Positions 53,426 to 62,731 of a DNA stretch of 64,000 bases are shown here, piece by piece. The notes under the pieces are model-generated. The model saw only the letters and a list, made by a program, of their open reading frames with translations, was not told the DNA's origin and made no database searches. Source of the stretch: an uncultured delta proteobacterium (GTDB lineage Bacteria > Desulfobacterota > Binatia > UBA9968); assembly GCA_963737905.1 (NCBI GenBank), contig CAVTUQ010000038.1:32001-96000 (forward strand). Reading direction: 5' to 3'. A program made the translations under genes and the position numbers. Within the stretch, counting starts at the first letter, position 1. The number at the start of each line of letters is the position of its first letter.

Positions 53426-54219
53426 GGACGGGCAAAGTCTATCTCGTCGGCGCGGGGCCGGGGGATCCGGGCCTGATCACGGTCCGCGGGTTGCAGTTGC
53501 TGCACAGCGCTCAGGTGATCGTTTACGATCAGTTGGTGAACCCTGCGCTCCTTGAAGAGACGCCGTCCACGGCCATCAGGATTTTTGTCGGCAAGCAAGC
53601 CGGACGCCATTGTATCGCTCAGGAAGAAATCAACCAGATACTCATCGACCATGCCCGGCTGGGTCACGAGGTTGTGCGACTCAAGGGCGGCGATCCTTTC
53701 GTTTTTGGTCGCGGCGGGGAAGAGGCGGAGGCGCTGTCTGATGCAGGGATCTGCTTTGAAATCGTCCCAGGTGTCAGCTCTGCGGTTGCGGTGCCGGCCT
53801 ACGCCGGTATTCCGATGACTCACAGAAAGTTCGCGTCGTCTTTCGCCGTAGTGACGGGACATGAAGCGCATAAGGGGAAATCCGCCGTGGACTGGGGCAA
53901 GCTGGCCACAGCGGTGGACACGCTCGTTATCTTAATGGGGCTGCACAATCTGCCGGCCATCGTGGCCAGGCTCATCACTCACGGCCGGTCGCCGGAAACT
54001 CCTGCAGCGGTCATTCGACGGGGAACCACCTCTGAGCAAGAAACGGTGATCGGGACCCTCGCGGATATCGTGGAGAAGAGCGCGTCGCTCGAGGCGCCAG
54101 CGTTGATCGTTATCGGTGAAGTGGTTGAGCTGAGAAACCAACTCGACTGGTTCTCTCCCGACACGGATTCTCCAGAGGAAACATGGTCGTCGGGCGAAGA
54201 AGAATTCATCGGCATCTAA
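53422..54219 (+). CDS. cobA: Uroporphyrinogen-III C-methyltransferase
   Basis: LVGAGPGDPGLIT, RLKGGDPFVFGRGGEE, VPGVSS. Confidence 0.95.
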   Translation: MRTGKVYLVGAGPGDPGLITVRGLQLLHSAQVIVYDQLVNPALLEETPSTAIRIFVGKQAGRHCIAQEEINQILIDHARLGHEVVRLKGGDPFVFGRGGEEAEALSDAGICFEIVPGVSSAVAVPAYAGIPMTHRKFASSFAVVTGHEAHKGKSAVDWGKLATAVDTLVILMGLHNLPAIVARLITHGRSPETPAAVIRRGTTSEQETVIGTLADIVEKSASLEAPALIVIGEVVELRNQLDWFSPDTDSPEETWSSGEEEFIGI

Positions 54220-54342
54220 TATTTTGATTAGGCATCGTTATGGAAACAACTTTCAACTTTGATTCAAACAGATATACACCGCGGGCACTGGGATTCAGGA
54301 TGAAGTCACGCCTCCCGGCCACCGAGTTTAGCCGCCCCGGCG

Positions 54343-54510
54343 ATGGCTCACCTGGAGGCGCTGGAGAGCGAATTCGACATTGCCCGAGTCGATGTCAAAG
54401 CACAGCAACCCTTTGTCATTGACAGCTACGCGCGCAACCGCTCCACGGGGAGTTTTATCGTCATCGACGAGAATACCCATAGCACCGTCGCTGCCGGCAT
54501 GATCGTTTAG
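54343..54510 (+). pseudogene. cysD'-'cysN deletion scar (in-frame fusion of the CysD N-terminus to the CysN C-terminus)
   Basis: MAHLEALESE (CysD-like start) joined to DIARV...DSYARNRSTGSFIVIDENTHSTVAAGMIV* (CysN end). Confidence 0.82.
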
Positions 54511-54542
54511 CGGTGTCCTCAGGAAGCCGCGGTAGGTCATGA

Positions 54543-55418
54543 GTGCCCTTTAGAATGGCTGTCGCCATGGAAACGAACTCCCGAACCGGCCTGCAAGGAC
54601 TTAGAATTATTTCTTTTGAAAGCCGTCGCGCAAAAGAGATGGCGGAGTTGATTCGCCGTCACGGTGGTGAGCCCATCGTCGCGCCGTCCATGCGCGAGGT
54701 GCCTCTCGCCGAAAACAACGCTCCATTAGAGCTTTTCCAAAAAATAGAAGCCAGACAGATCGATTTGGTTGTCCTGCTCACCGGAGTCGGCACGCGAACC
54801 ATGGTGGATGCGCTCGCCATTCACTATTCACGGGAACGGATCGCGTCGCTGCTCGGTAGCGTGACCCTTCTGGCTCGGGGACCGAAGCCAGTTGCGGCGC
54901 TGAAAGAGCTGGAGTTGCAGCCGGCGTTTACGGCGCCGGAGCCCAATACTTGGAAAGAAGTGCTCGCGGTTCTGGATTCCAATGTCCCGCTCAAGGGAAA
55001 GCGCATCGCCGTTCAAGAATACGGCATTACCAATCAGGAGCTACTCTCCGGACTAGAGGCGCGTGGCGCCGAAATATTGCGGGTGCCGGTGTATCGCTGG
55101 GCGTTGCCGGAGAATATCGCTCCCCTACAAGCCGCCATCCGCGAGATCGTAGAAGCTCAAGCCGATGTCGTCGTCTTTACGAGCGCGACCCAAGTGGAAA
55201 ACGTCTTCCAATTGGCACAACAAGATGGATTGGACGCCAAGCTGTCCAAAGCCTTGGTACAACCTTTAGTCGTTTCCATCGGCCCAGTGTGCAGTGAGGC
55301 TCTAGCACGCTTCGGCCTCAAGCCCGACTTCGAACCTCGGCATCCCAAGATGGGCTTTATGATCGGTGAATTGGCGGCCTCGGCGCAGAAGCTGTTGAAT
55401 GCGAAGCGCCAAAATTAG
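54543..55418 (+). CDS. hemD: Uroporphyrinogen-III synthase
   Basis: ESRRAKEM, LTGVG, ARGPKP, VYRWALP, FTSATQV, SIGPVC. Confidence 0.88.
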   Translation: MPFRMAVAMETNSRTGLQGLRIISFESRRAKEMAELIRRHGGEPIVAPSMREVPLAENNAPLELFQKIEARQIDLVVLLTGVGTRTMVDALAIHYSRERIASLLGSVTLLARGPKPVAALKELELQPAFTAPEPNTWKEVLAVLDSNVPLKGKRIAVQEYGITNQELLSGLEARGAEILRVPVYRWALPENIAPLQAAIREIVEAQADVVVFTSATQVENVFQLAQQDGLDAKLSKALVQPLVVSIGPVCSEALARFGLKPDFEPRHPKMGFMIGELAASAQKLLNAKRQN

Positions 55419-55546
55419 ACGCCCGATCACTGTCGCTCTCCTTCATCTATCGACTGAAATCCGCGACCCAATCCATGAAAAAGCTTGACTGGCGGAACGT
55501 TTGCAAATATGTGTCTGCCTGATCACCCAGGTAAATTGGAGCCATC

Positions 55547-57202
55547 ATGCGTGTTGCAGACGCGGTTGTTGATATCTTCAGGTCGGAGGGAGTTAAATTC
55601 GTCGCTGCCTTGCCGGGAGACGACATACTCCCGTTGTTCGACGCTTTCCACGAAAAGAACGATATCCCATTGATTCTCACGCGCCACGAACAGGCCACGG
55701 TCTTCATGGCCGATGGCTACGCTCGGAGCTGCGGCGAGCCAGGCGTGGCGATGGTGACCAAAGGGCCGGGGCGATGCAATGCCATGACAGCTATTGTCAA
55801 TGCTTTCACGGACTGCGTGCCTCTTGTCGTTATCTTCGGTCACAGCTCTCGAAAGCAACTCGCCAAAGGGATGCTGCAAGAAGTACCGTACCTCGATACG
55901 TTCCAAACCGTGGCGAAATGGACGTTCAGCATTCCTTCGCCGGAGCGCGTGCCGGAGGTATTTCGCCGCGCCTTTACCTTGGCGCGCTCAGGTCGCCCGG
56001 GGCCGGTGATCATCGAGATCCCGCAGGACATCAGCATGGCGCAGGCCGACATCCCTCCTTATACCCGGACCCGCCGCGTGCGCTTCGGTCCCGATCCTTA
56101 TGACATCGACAAATTGCTTGAGCTGATGCGCGAGTCGATGCGGCCCCTGATATACGTGGGACGCGGGGCACTCTGGTCAGGTGCGACGGAGGATCTCGTC
56201 AGGGTTGCCGAAGCGTTCGCGCTTCCAGTGATGGCGACGCTTCCTGCCAAGGGTGCCATGCCCGAGGACCATCCCTTATGTCTCGGCCTCGGCGGTTACC
56301 CGCGCGCAGTTTACAGCACGGGGCAGTCAAAGAAATTCGCCGAGGAGGCGGATCTGGTCATTGCTTTGGGTTGCAGTTTTCGGCAGCACGCGACTTCCAA
56401 TTGGCTGCCTAAGCCGGCCCACGCGAAGCTCGTCCAAGTGGACATCGATCCGGCCGAACTGCACAAGAATTACGCCGCGGACCTGGTCATGCTTTCCGAT
56501 CTCAAACTCTTCTTGCAAGCGCTGCTCCAACAAGGCACTCAAAAACTGGGCGGGTGGCGCAAAGGGATGAACAGAGTCGTGGCCGAAGAAATTAGCGAGC
56601 TCAAAAAGCAATGGATGGATTCCTGGAGCCAACGGCTGACTTCCGATGAAGTTCCCATAAATCCCTACCGCGCGTGTTGGGAACTGACCAACTGCCTCGA
56701 TCGCCGCAATTCGATTCTCTTGCACGACGCCGGCGTCACGCGCGCCTACGTCTCGCACCATTATGAAGCGCTGTTTCCTAATGGCTTTATCGGCTTCGGC
56801 GGCACCAGCGCTATGGGCTGGTCCACGCCCGCGGCCATGGGCGCGAAACTGGCCCATCCAGATAAGACCGTCCTCAATGTCACGGGTGATGGCTCCTTCG
56901 GTTTGACCGGCATGGAGATCGAGACTGCAGCGCGTAACGACATCCGGACTCTGACGGTAATCTTGAACAACCAAAGTCTCGGTGCCAGCCGGGAGACGCT
57001 TCACGAGCGTTTTAAGGGACACGAAATCGGCATCTCGCTCAGAGGCGATTACGCGGCGGTGGCGCGAGCGCTTGGCGCTTATGGCGAGCGGGTCGAGCAG
57101 CCGCATGATTTGCGGCCGGCTTTAGGCCGCGCACTCGCGCACCCCGGGCCGGCATTGTTGGAGGTTGGCGTGAAACCGTTGGAACCGAGACCGTGGAGGT
57201 AG
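55547..57202 (+). CDS. Thiamine pyrophosphate-dependent enzyme (acetolactate synthase-like superfamily)
   Basis: TRHEQ...MADGYAR, GPG, GRPGPV, GDGS-X24-NN. Confidence 0.9.
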   Translation: MRVADAVVDIFRSEGVKFVAALPGDDILPLFDAFHEKNDIPLILTRHEQATVFMADGYARSCGEPGVAMVTKGPGRCNAMTAIVNAFTDCVPLVVIFGHSSRKQLAKGMLQEVPYLDTFQTVAKWTFSIPSPERVPEVFRRAFTLARSGRPGPVIIEIPQDISMAQADIPPYTRTRRVRFGPDPYDIDKLLELMRESMRPLIYVGRGALWSGATEDLVRVAEAFALPVMATLPAKGAMPEDHPLCLGLGGYPRAVYSTGQSKKFAEEADLVIALGCSFRQHATSNWLPKPAHAKLVQVDIDPAELHKNYAADLVMLSDLKLFLQALLQQGTQKLGGWRKGMNRVVAEEISELKKQWMDSWSQRLTSDEVPINPYRACWELTNCLDRRNSILLHDAGVTRAYVSHHYEALFPNGFIGFGGTSAMGWSTPAAMGAKLAHPDKTVLNVTGDGSFGLTGMEIETAARNDIRTLTVILNNQSLGASRETLHERFKGHEIGISLRGDYAAVARALGAYGERVEQPHDLRPALGRALAHPGPALLEVGVKPLEPRPWR

Positions 57203-57244
57203 GGGGATACGAACACTAGCACGTGGATTTGGGGGAACTTTGAC

Positions 57245-58486
57245 ATGCTTTACAATCGCGATCGTTTATTCGCGCTAATGGATAAATACGATTTGGCAGG
57301 CGTCGTCGCGGCGACGCCGGAGAACGTCTATTATTTGAGCGGCCACGCTTCGTGGAGCCAGAACGGCTACCGCTATGGCGGCTCGCAGGTCTATGTGGTT
57401 TTCCCGCACGACACTGCGCAATCGCCGGCGTTACTTATTCCCGGCGGCGACGTCGGCTATGCGGCCTTGGATGAAGTGTGGCTCAGGGAAGTCTACACTT
57501 ACGGGCGCCCGCGCAAGCACCACGTTTCCGACATGGAGAAGTTATCTTTAGAAGAAAGACGCACGGTGGAAATCACCCAAGGGGAACCTAAAGGGCCGAC
57601 GGCGGAGAAAGCGCTTGCCCAGTTGATCAAAGACAAAGGCATGGGCCGAGGTCGGATCGGCATGGACCACTTCGGGATTCCTCTGACGATCTACGAAACG
57701 ATTCGATCGTTTCTGCCGGAAGCCAAGCTGCAACCGGCATCGAGTTTTTTCCGCTATGTGCGCATGATCAAAACGCCCGGCGAAATTCAGAGGTTGCGGG
57801 AGTCGGCCGAGCTCAACGAACAAGCGATCAATACTATGCTGAGGGCCGCGAAACCCGGGGTGAGAGAGAGCGAGCTTGCCGGGATCTACAAAGCTGAGAT
57901 AGCAAGAGCCGGCGGGCAGGTTTACTGGATGCATATGGCCGTCAGCCGCGGCGGCAACTTTCCCGCCATCAAAGATAAAATTTTGCAGGAGGGCGATATC
58001 TTCCGCGTCGACATGGGTTGCTCCATCAATGGCTACCATGCGGACGTTTGCAAATCCGGCTGTGTAGGAGCGGAACCGACCGATGAGCATCGCAAGCGTT
58101 ACGACGCCGTTCAGGCGGGGGTGCTGAGATCGGTGGAAGCGCTCAAACCCGGAGCGCGACCGCAAGATCTCTACGAAACCATGGTTCAGGGAGTGCGCGC
58201 GGCGGGAATTCCGAACTATTCAAATTTCTTCCTGGGGCACACTATCGGTCTCGAAGCGAGAGAATTTCCGTTCTTGATCGGGCCTGCAGAGGAAGTGAAT
58301 GATCCATTCCTGCCCAACACGACCAACATTCCTATGGAGCCCGGCATGACGGTTAACCTGGAAGCCTCCAGTCACGAAGTCGGTTGGGGCACTGTGCAAG
58401 TCGAATACACGTTGGCAGTAACGAACAATGGCCACGAACATCTGATCAAGCCGGACCAGAAATTGTTCACCTTGCCGTTACGCTGA
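57245..58486 (+). CDS. M24 (Xaa-Pro peptidase/creatinase-like) family protein
   Basis: PENVYYLSG, RMIKT..EI, DMG....GYHAD, GHTIGLE. Confidence 0.85.
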   Translation: MLYNRDRLFALMDKYDLAGVVAATPENVYYLSGHASWSQNGYRYGGSQVYVVFPHDTAQSPALLIPGGDVGYAALDEVWLREVYTYGRPRKHHVSDMEKLSLEERRTVEITQGEPKGPTAEKALAQLIKDKGMGRGRIGMDHFGIPLTIYETIRSFLPEAKLQPASSFFRYVRMIKTPGEIQRLRESAELNEQAINTMLRAAKPGVRESELAGIYKAEIARAGGQVYWMHMAVSRGGNFPAIKDKILQEGDIFRVDMGCSINGYHADVCKSGCVGAEPTDEHRKRYDAVQAGVLRSVEALKPGARPQDLYETMVQGVRAAGIPNYSNFFLGHTIGLEAREFPFLIGPAEEVNDPFLPNTTNIPMEPGMTVNLEASSHEVGWGTVQVEYTLAVTNNGHEHLIKPDQKLFTLPLR

Positions 58487-58490
58487 CTAG

Positions 58491-58574
58491 GGTCGGTGGG
58501 GTCGCCGCGAGGCGCGGCACCTGCTCCGACACCAACGAAAGCCTGCTCCGAATAGATGGCCAGGGACGCCATCT
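58491..58574. other. Tandem hairpins after the M24 gene (terminator/REP-like)
   Basis: gccgcg-agg-cgcggc and agatggc-cagggac-gccatct; cctgctccga occurs twice. Confidence 0.3.
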
Positions 58575-58680
58575 CGTACTTATCCAACTTTTCTTGCGCC
58601 AGCAGGTTGATTCTTGCGCATAGCTTGATAAAGATTCTCAGAACCAGTTTATTGCAGCCACAAGAGGGGAGGGTGCTACG

Positions 58681-59340
58681 ATGAGAGCAAGTATTTTTTC
58701 AATGGGTGCAATTGTACTCACCGCGTGCCTAGTTACCACTGCCGCGCACGCCGATATGCAAGATGACATCAACCAGGCTGTTTCGGTTCTTGATCACTTC
58801 CAGGCGATCCCTGAATCAGCAATTCCGGATGTGATCCTGCGCGAGGCGAAAGGCCTGGCAATCCTTACTGTCACAAAAGCTGGATTCGTCTTCAGTGGCA
58901 GAGGCGGGACCGGCATTGTCGTTGCGCGAACGGAGAAGGGTTGGAGCGGTCCCTCGGCAATCGGCGCGGGAGGGATGGGATTCGGCTTTCAGGCTGGGGC
59001 TCAAGTCTCTGAGCTCGTGTTTGTCCTCAACACTCCTGATGCCGTCGTCGCGTTCGCGAAAGGGGGTAACGTCACCCTCGGGGGCGCCATGAGCTTAGCG
59101 ACGGGTCCCGTGGGACGTGACCTCGAAGGCAGCATGACCCTGGGGGCGGTTATATATACTTATAGCCGAAGCCAAGGATTATTCGCCGGCGTTTCCTTGG
59201 AGGGTACGGTAGTCTACACCCGGGACGAGGCCAACGCGGAATTTTACGGTAAACCGGTCCAGTCAAGAGAGATTCTCTCGGGCAGCATAGCGCCGCCGGC
59301 CGGTGCAGAGAAGTTGCTAAAGTTTCTCTCCAAATACTGA
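58681..59340 (+). CDS. Secreted lipid-binding SYLF (Ysc84-like) domain protein
   Basis: Signal peptide; KAGFVFSGRGG.G, WSGPSA, GFQAGAQ, YSRSQGLFAGVSLEG. Confidence 0.9.
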   Translation: MRASIFSMGAIVLTACLVTTAAHADMQDDINQAVSVLDHFQAIPESAIPDVILREAKGLAILTVTKAGFVFSGRGGTGIVVARTEKGWSGPSAIGAGGMGFGFQAGAQVSELVFVLNTPDAVVAFAKGGNVTLGGAMSLATGPVGRDLEGSMTLGAVIYTYSRSQGLFAGVSLEGTVVYTRDEANAEFYGKPVQSREILSGSIAPPAGAEKLLKFLSKY

Positions 59341-59347
59341 GCGCAGC

Positions 59348-59785
59348 TCAGAATCCCATTCTGGATTTCTGGTTTTCATACAAGACCTTCATCAGCTCGG
59401 CGCACTCCGATGTGGACATGAGCTTCTGCCATGACGGCAGATTGTTACCTACTCGGTCGGTGAGAACCGCGTAATCGTTAAGGACTGTCATGAGAATTTC
59501 TCTTACCGGACCATTTCTCAGTTCTGGCTCATTGACAAGTTTTTTGTACAATGCCTCATCGAGAACATGAGCGTCAAAAGTTTTACCGCCGCCGCTTCGA
59601 ATCTGAAAATCATACTGTGAGAGTAACTGCTCCAATCCGTTTACGTATCCCAACACAAAGATTTCTCGAATATCCTTGTCTGATGCCATCCATTGTCGGC
59701 CCGTGATTTCTGTCATAGTCTGAGCCGAAGCTGAGGCTGCCCACGCTAAAAATGCGGCGGGCACGATAAGGTTTCTAATCTTCAT
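59348..59785 (-). CDS. Secreted hypothetical protein
   Basis: GGAGGGAG RBS; signal peptide ending ASA-Q. Confidence 0.6.
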   Translation of the reverse strand: MKIRNLIVPAAFLAWAASASAQTMTEITGRQWMASDKDIREIFVLGYVNGLEQLLSQYDFQIRSGGGKTFDAHVLDEALYKKLVNEPELRNGPVREILMTVLNDYAVLTDRVGNNLPSWQKLMSTSECAELMKVLYENQKSRMGF

Positions 59786-60169
59786 GCGACTCTCCCTCCG
59801 GCTTGTGATAAGAGCATCGGATGTGCCATTAGGCAGAACCGGCAAATATGGAGTATGACGGACGGTTCAAGAACTAGCGGTAAACTCCGCTGTGAGGTGG
59901 TAGAGGTAGAACTGCCTTCTGTTGGCTATCCGGGTGCGTTTTAGCCCGACGGTTCCCACTTAGGTGATGGCGGGGAGCTTACGCGGAGTTTGATTGTTGA
60001 CAGTACGCTCTACGCACGATAGCTTCGCGTTGCTCGTAACACGCGAGTCCCATAACGTGGCTCTTTGGCGTCTATTAGGTACTCTTGCGTACCCTTGTGA
60101 TGAAATGGCCCGAGGGGTGACGGAAAGTATTCTGGCGGTCAGAGGCTACTTCTGAAAGGAAGGTCTACC

Positions 60170-61054
60170 ATGGCGACTATCCACGATATTGTGCAGGTCG
60201 GGGTCGGCGTGCCGGATCGCGAAAGATTCGAGAAATTTGCGCGTGACATGCTGGGATTTCCTGTCGCCAGATCGCCGGACGAAAAGGTCACCTATGTGAG
60301 GCCGGATCACTATCAGCATCGCATTGCAGCAAGTGCGGCTTCGGAACCGGTTCTGCGCTATATCGGATTTGACGTCGGAGGGCCTGAAGAGCTTGCCGAG
60401 TGGGAGACGAAGCTCACAGCCGAAGGGATCGATTGGCGCCCCAGCACTCCGGAAGAGTGTGTCGAACGACATTTGACCGATTTTATCGAATTCAAGGACC
60501 CCGATGGACACCGTCTAGCTTTGTCGTATGGCTTTGAGGTCGACAAAGAGCCGGTGCACTATACCCGTGATCTCAGGGTTCTCCGCTTGGGCCACGTGCT
60601 GCTAACGGTAAAGGATACCCAGCGAACGCATGATTTTTACACCGGTGTGTTGGGCTTTCGTCTGAGTGATTGGGTAATCGTGGACGACAGCGTTCGTTTG
60701 TGCTTCTTGCGCTGTAACGCCCGCCATCACAGTATGGCTTTCGCTCCATGCATGCCAGGCAAGTCTCCGAGGCTGCAGCACGTCATGCTCGAAGTGGAAT
60801 CGCTCGATGATGTGATGCGCTCCTATCACTTCCTGCGCATCCACAAGGCACCCATCGGTATGGGACCCGGCCGGCACATCAACTGTCAGACCGTCCATGT
60901 TTATGTCCAAACTCCTGGCGGATTTGCCGTGGAGTTTGGCTGGGGCCACCGCCGTCTCGACGACGTCCTACACCAGCCGGTCGTCTATCCCCCGGGCAGT
61001 CCCATCGATATCTGGGGAGGGGACATCCAGAGCCCGGAATTCGAGCTTGGATAG
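60170..61054 (+). CDS. Two-domain extradiol ring-cleavage dioxygenase (VOC, BphC-like)
   Basis: LGHVLL, FYTGVLGFRLSD, FLRCNARHHS, GRH...YVQTPGGFAVEFG. Confidence 0.9.
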   Translation: MATIHDIVQVGVGVPDRERFEKFARDMLGFPVARSPDEKVTYVRPDHYQHRIAASAASEPVLRYIGFDVGGPEELAEWETKLTAEGIDWRPSTPEECVERHLTDFIEFKDPDGHRLALSYGFEVDKEPVHYTRDLRVLRLGHVLLTVKDTQRTHDFYTGVLGFRLSDWVIVDDSVRLCFLRCNARHHSMAFAPCMPGKSPRLQHVMLEVESLDDVMRSYHFLRIHKAPIGMGPGRHINCQTVHVYVQTPGGFAVEFGWGHRRLDDVLHQPVVYPPGSPIDIWGGDIQSPEFELG

Positions 61055-61089
61055 CACCGCACCCTTCATCATGAACTAGGGAGGAAACG

Positions 61090-62085
61090 ATGAAAACGAT
61101 TCGCTTACTGGGCCTTCTGATTCTCGCTGGCATTCTTATTTCGCCGGCATCCGTGTTCGCGCAGAAAACCGTCGTCGCCTGGACTGCCGTTAGCGCGCTC
61201 AATTCTCCGTATTGGGTCATGAAAGAGGCCGGCTTCTTTAAGCAAGAAGACCTGGACGTAGATTTGATTTATATTCCCAGCTCGGCGACGGTAGCGCAGG
61301 CGATGCTGGCGGGAGAAGTCGCGGTCTCGGCGGCCAATAGCCAAGTCGTAACGGACAGCGGGCTTCAGGGCGGGGATCTTGTGTCGATGGGGGCGATTGT
61401 CAACGTCGTGGCCTTCTATGTCATGGCGGTTCCGGAAATCAAACGCATCGAAGACCTCAAGGGGAAACCCGTCGGTGTAACCCGCTTTGGCGCTTCCACT
61501 GACTTTGGGATAAGGATGCTATTGTCCAAGTATGGACTCGTGGCGGGTCGTGACGTCCCGATACTTCAGATCGGCGGGATGCCGGAGATCGCCAGTGCGC
61601 TCTCAAAGCGGTCGATCTATGCGGCGCCGATGTCATATCCGATGGCTTACGTGGCCGAGCAAGCCGGCGTAAAGATGCTCGCCAATCTCGCGAAGGAAGA
61701 TATTCCGTTCATGCACGTCGGGCTCACCACGACGCGCAAGTTTCTCCGAGAAAATAGAAGCCGTGCCAAAGCGATCCTGCGCGCCTATGGACGCGCGGTT
61801 CATTTCATGCACACCAAGAAGGAAGAAACCAAATCCATCTTCGCCCGCTACACCAAGGTCACTGATCCGGGAATGTTGGAAGGCAGCCTCCAGTACGCCT
61901 ACGACTTTGTCGAGAAAGTCCCTCTGGTGAAGGCCAAAGCTTTTCAGGTGACTCTAGAACAAATTGCCCTGAAGAACCCCAAAGCCAAGCAAGCCAAACC
62001 GGAGGAGTTTTTTGACAATAGCCTTGTGCAGGAACTTGTAAACGAAGGGTTTTTCACGTCGCTTTGGGGGAAAAATCCGTTGTGA
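61090..62085 (+). CDS. ABC substrate-binding protein, SsuA/NMT1-like
   Basis: Signal peptide; WVMKEAGFFK, DLKGKPVGVTRFGAST, PKAKQAKPEEFFD. Confidence 0.88.
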   Translation: MKTIRLLGLLILAGILISPASVFAQKTVVAWTAVSALNSPYWVMKEAGFFKQEDLDVDLIYIPSSATVAQAMLAGEVAVSAANSQVVTDSGLQGGDLVSMGAIVNVVAFYVMAVPEIKRIEDLKGKPVGVTRFGASTDFGIRMLLSKYGLVAGRDVPILQIGGMPEIASALSKRSIYAAPMSYPMAYVAEQAGVKMLANLAKEDIPFMHVGLTTTRKFLRENRSRAKAILRAYGRAVHFMHTKKEETKSIFARYTKVTDPGMLEGSLQYAYDFVEKVPLVKAKAFQVTLEQIALKNPKAKQAKPEEFFDNSLVQELVNEGFFTSLWGKNPL

Positions 62086-62129
62086 GATAAGGCCAAGCGG
62101 CCGGGTCACTAAGCAGAAAGGATCAGGTC

Positions 62130-62672
62130 ATGGGACGCTTGCCAGATGTCGATGAAGGCAAACTCTCTTCGGAGCAGCGACGAATTTACGAGCAAATAAT
62201 GGGCGCCCGTGGCCATATGCGCGGCCCCTTCGCGGTTTGGTTGCGCAACGCTGAGCTCTGCGAAAACACGCTCAAGTTGCAGGAAATGTTTGCTTCACGA
62301 GTGAACGTTGAACGAAGGTTGCTCGAGTTGATGATCCTGATTTCGGCGCGGCTGGCCAGCGCGAAATATGCCTGGTTCATACACGAGCCCCACGCGATTA
62401 AGTTCGGCATCTCACCCGATATCGTCCAAGCCATCCGCGAAGGTCGCACGCCGGAATTCACCTGCGAGGACGAGCGCCTCGTCTATGACATCACCCAGGA
62501 ACTCAGCACCACCCGGTCGCTATCTGAGACAAATTACCATCGCGGCATGGCGATCCTCGGGGAACAGCGAATGGTCGAGCTCGTCAGCGCGATCGGCTTT
62601 TACGTAATGGTTGCGATGACACTAAATGCATTCGCCGTTTCGGTTCCCGAAGGCAAGGAACCATGGGCTTAA
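62130..62672 (+). CDS. Carboxymuconolactone decarboxylase (AhpD-like) family protein
   Basis: RGPFAVWL, ELMIL..AR....YAW..H, VELVSAIGFY...AMTLNAF. Confidence 0.85.
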   Translation: MGRLPDVDEGKLSSEQRRIYEQIMGARGHMRGPFAVWLRNAELCENTLKLQEMFASRVNVERRLLELMILISARLASAKYAWFIHEPHAIKFGISPDIVQAIREGRTPEFTCEDERLVYDITQELSTTRSLSETNYHRGMAILGEQRMVELVSAIGFYVMVAMTLNAFAVSVPEGKEPWA

Positions 62673-62731
62673 GAACGCAATGGTTCAAGTGGGCCCGCGT
62701 GGCATGACGCCGCAGCCTTACCGCACGCGAC

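Noticed and set aside
59846-60169. Possible riboswitch or ncRNA in the divergent intergenic region
   Set aside because: Only short stems and no recognisable family consensus; an Rfam/Infernal scan would decide.
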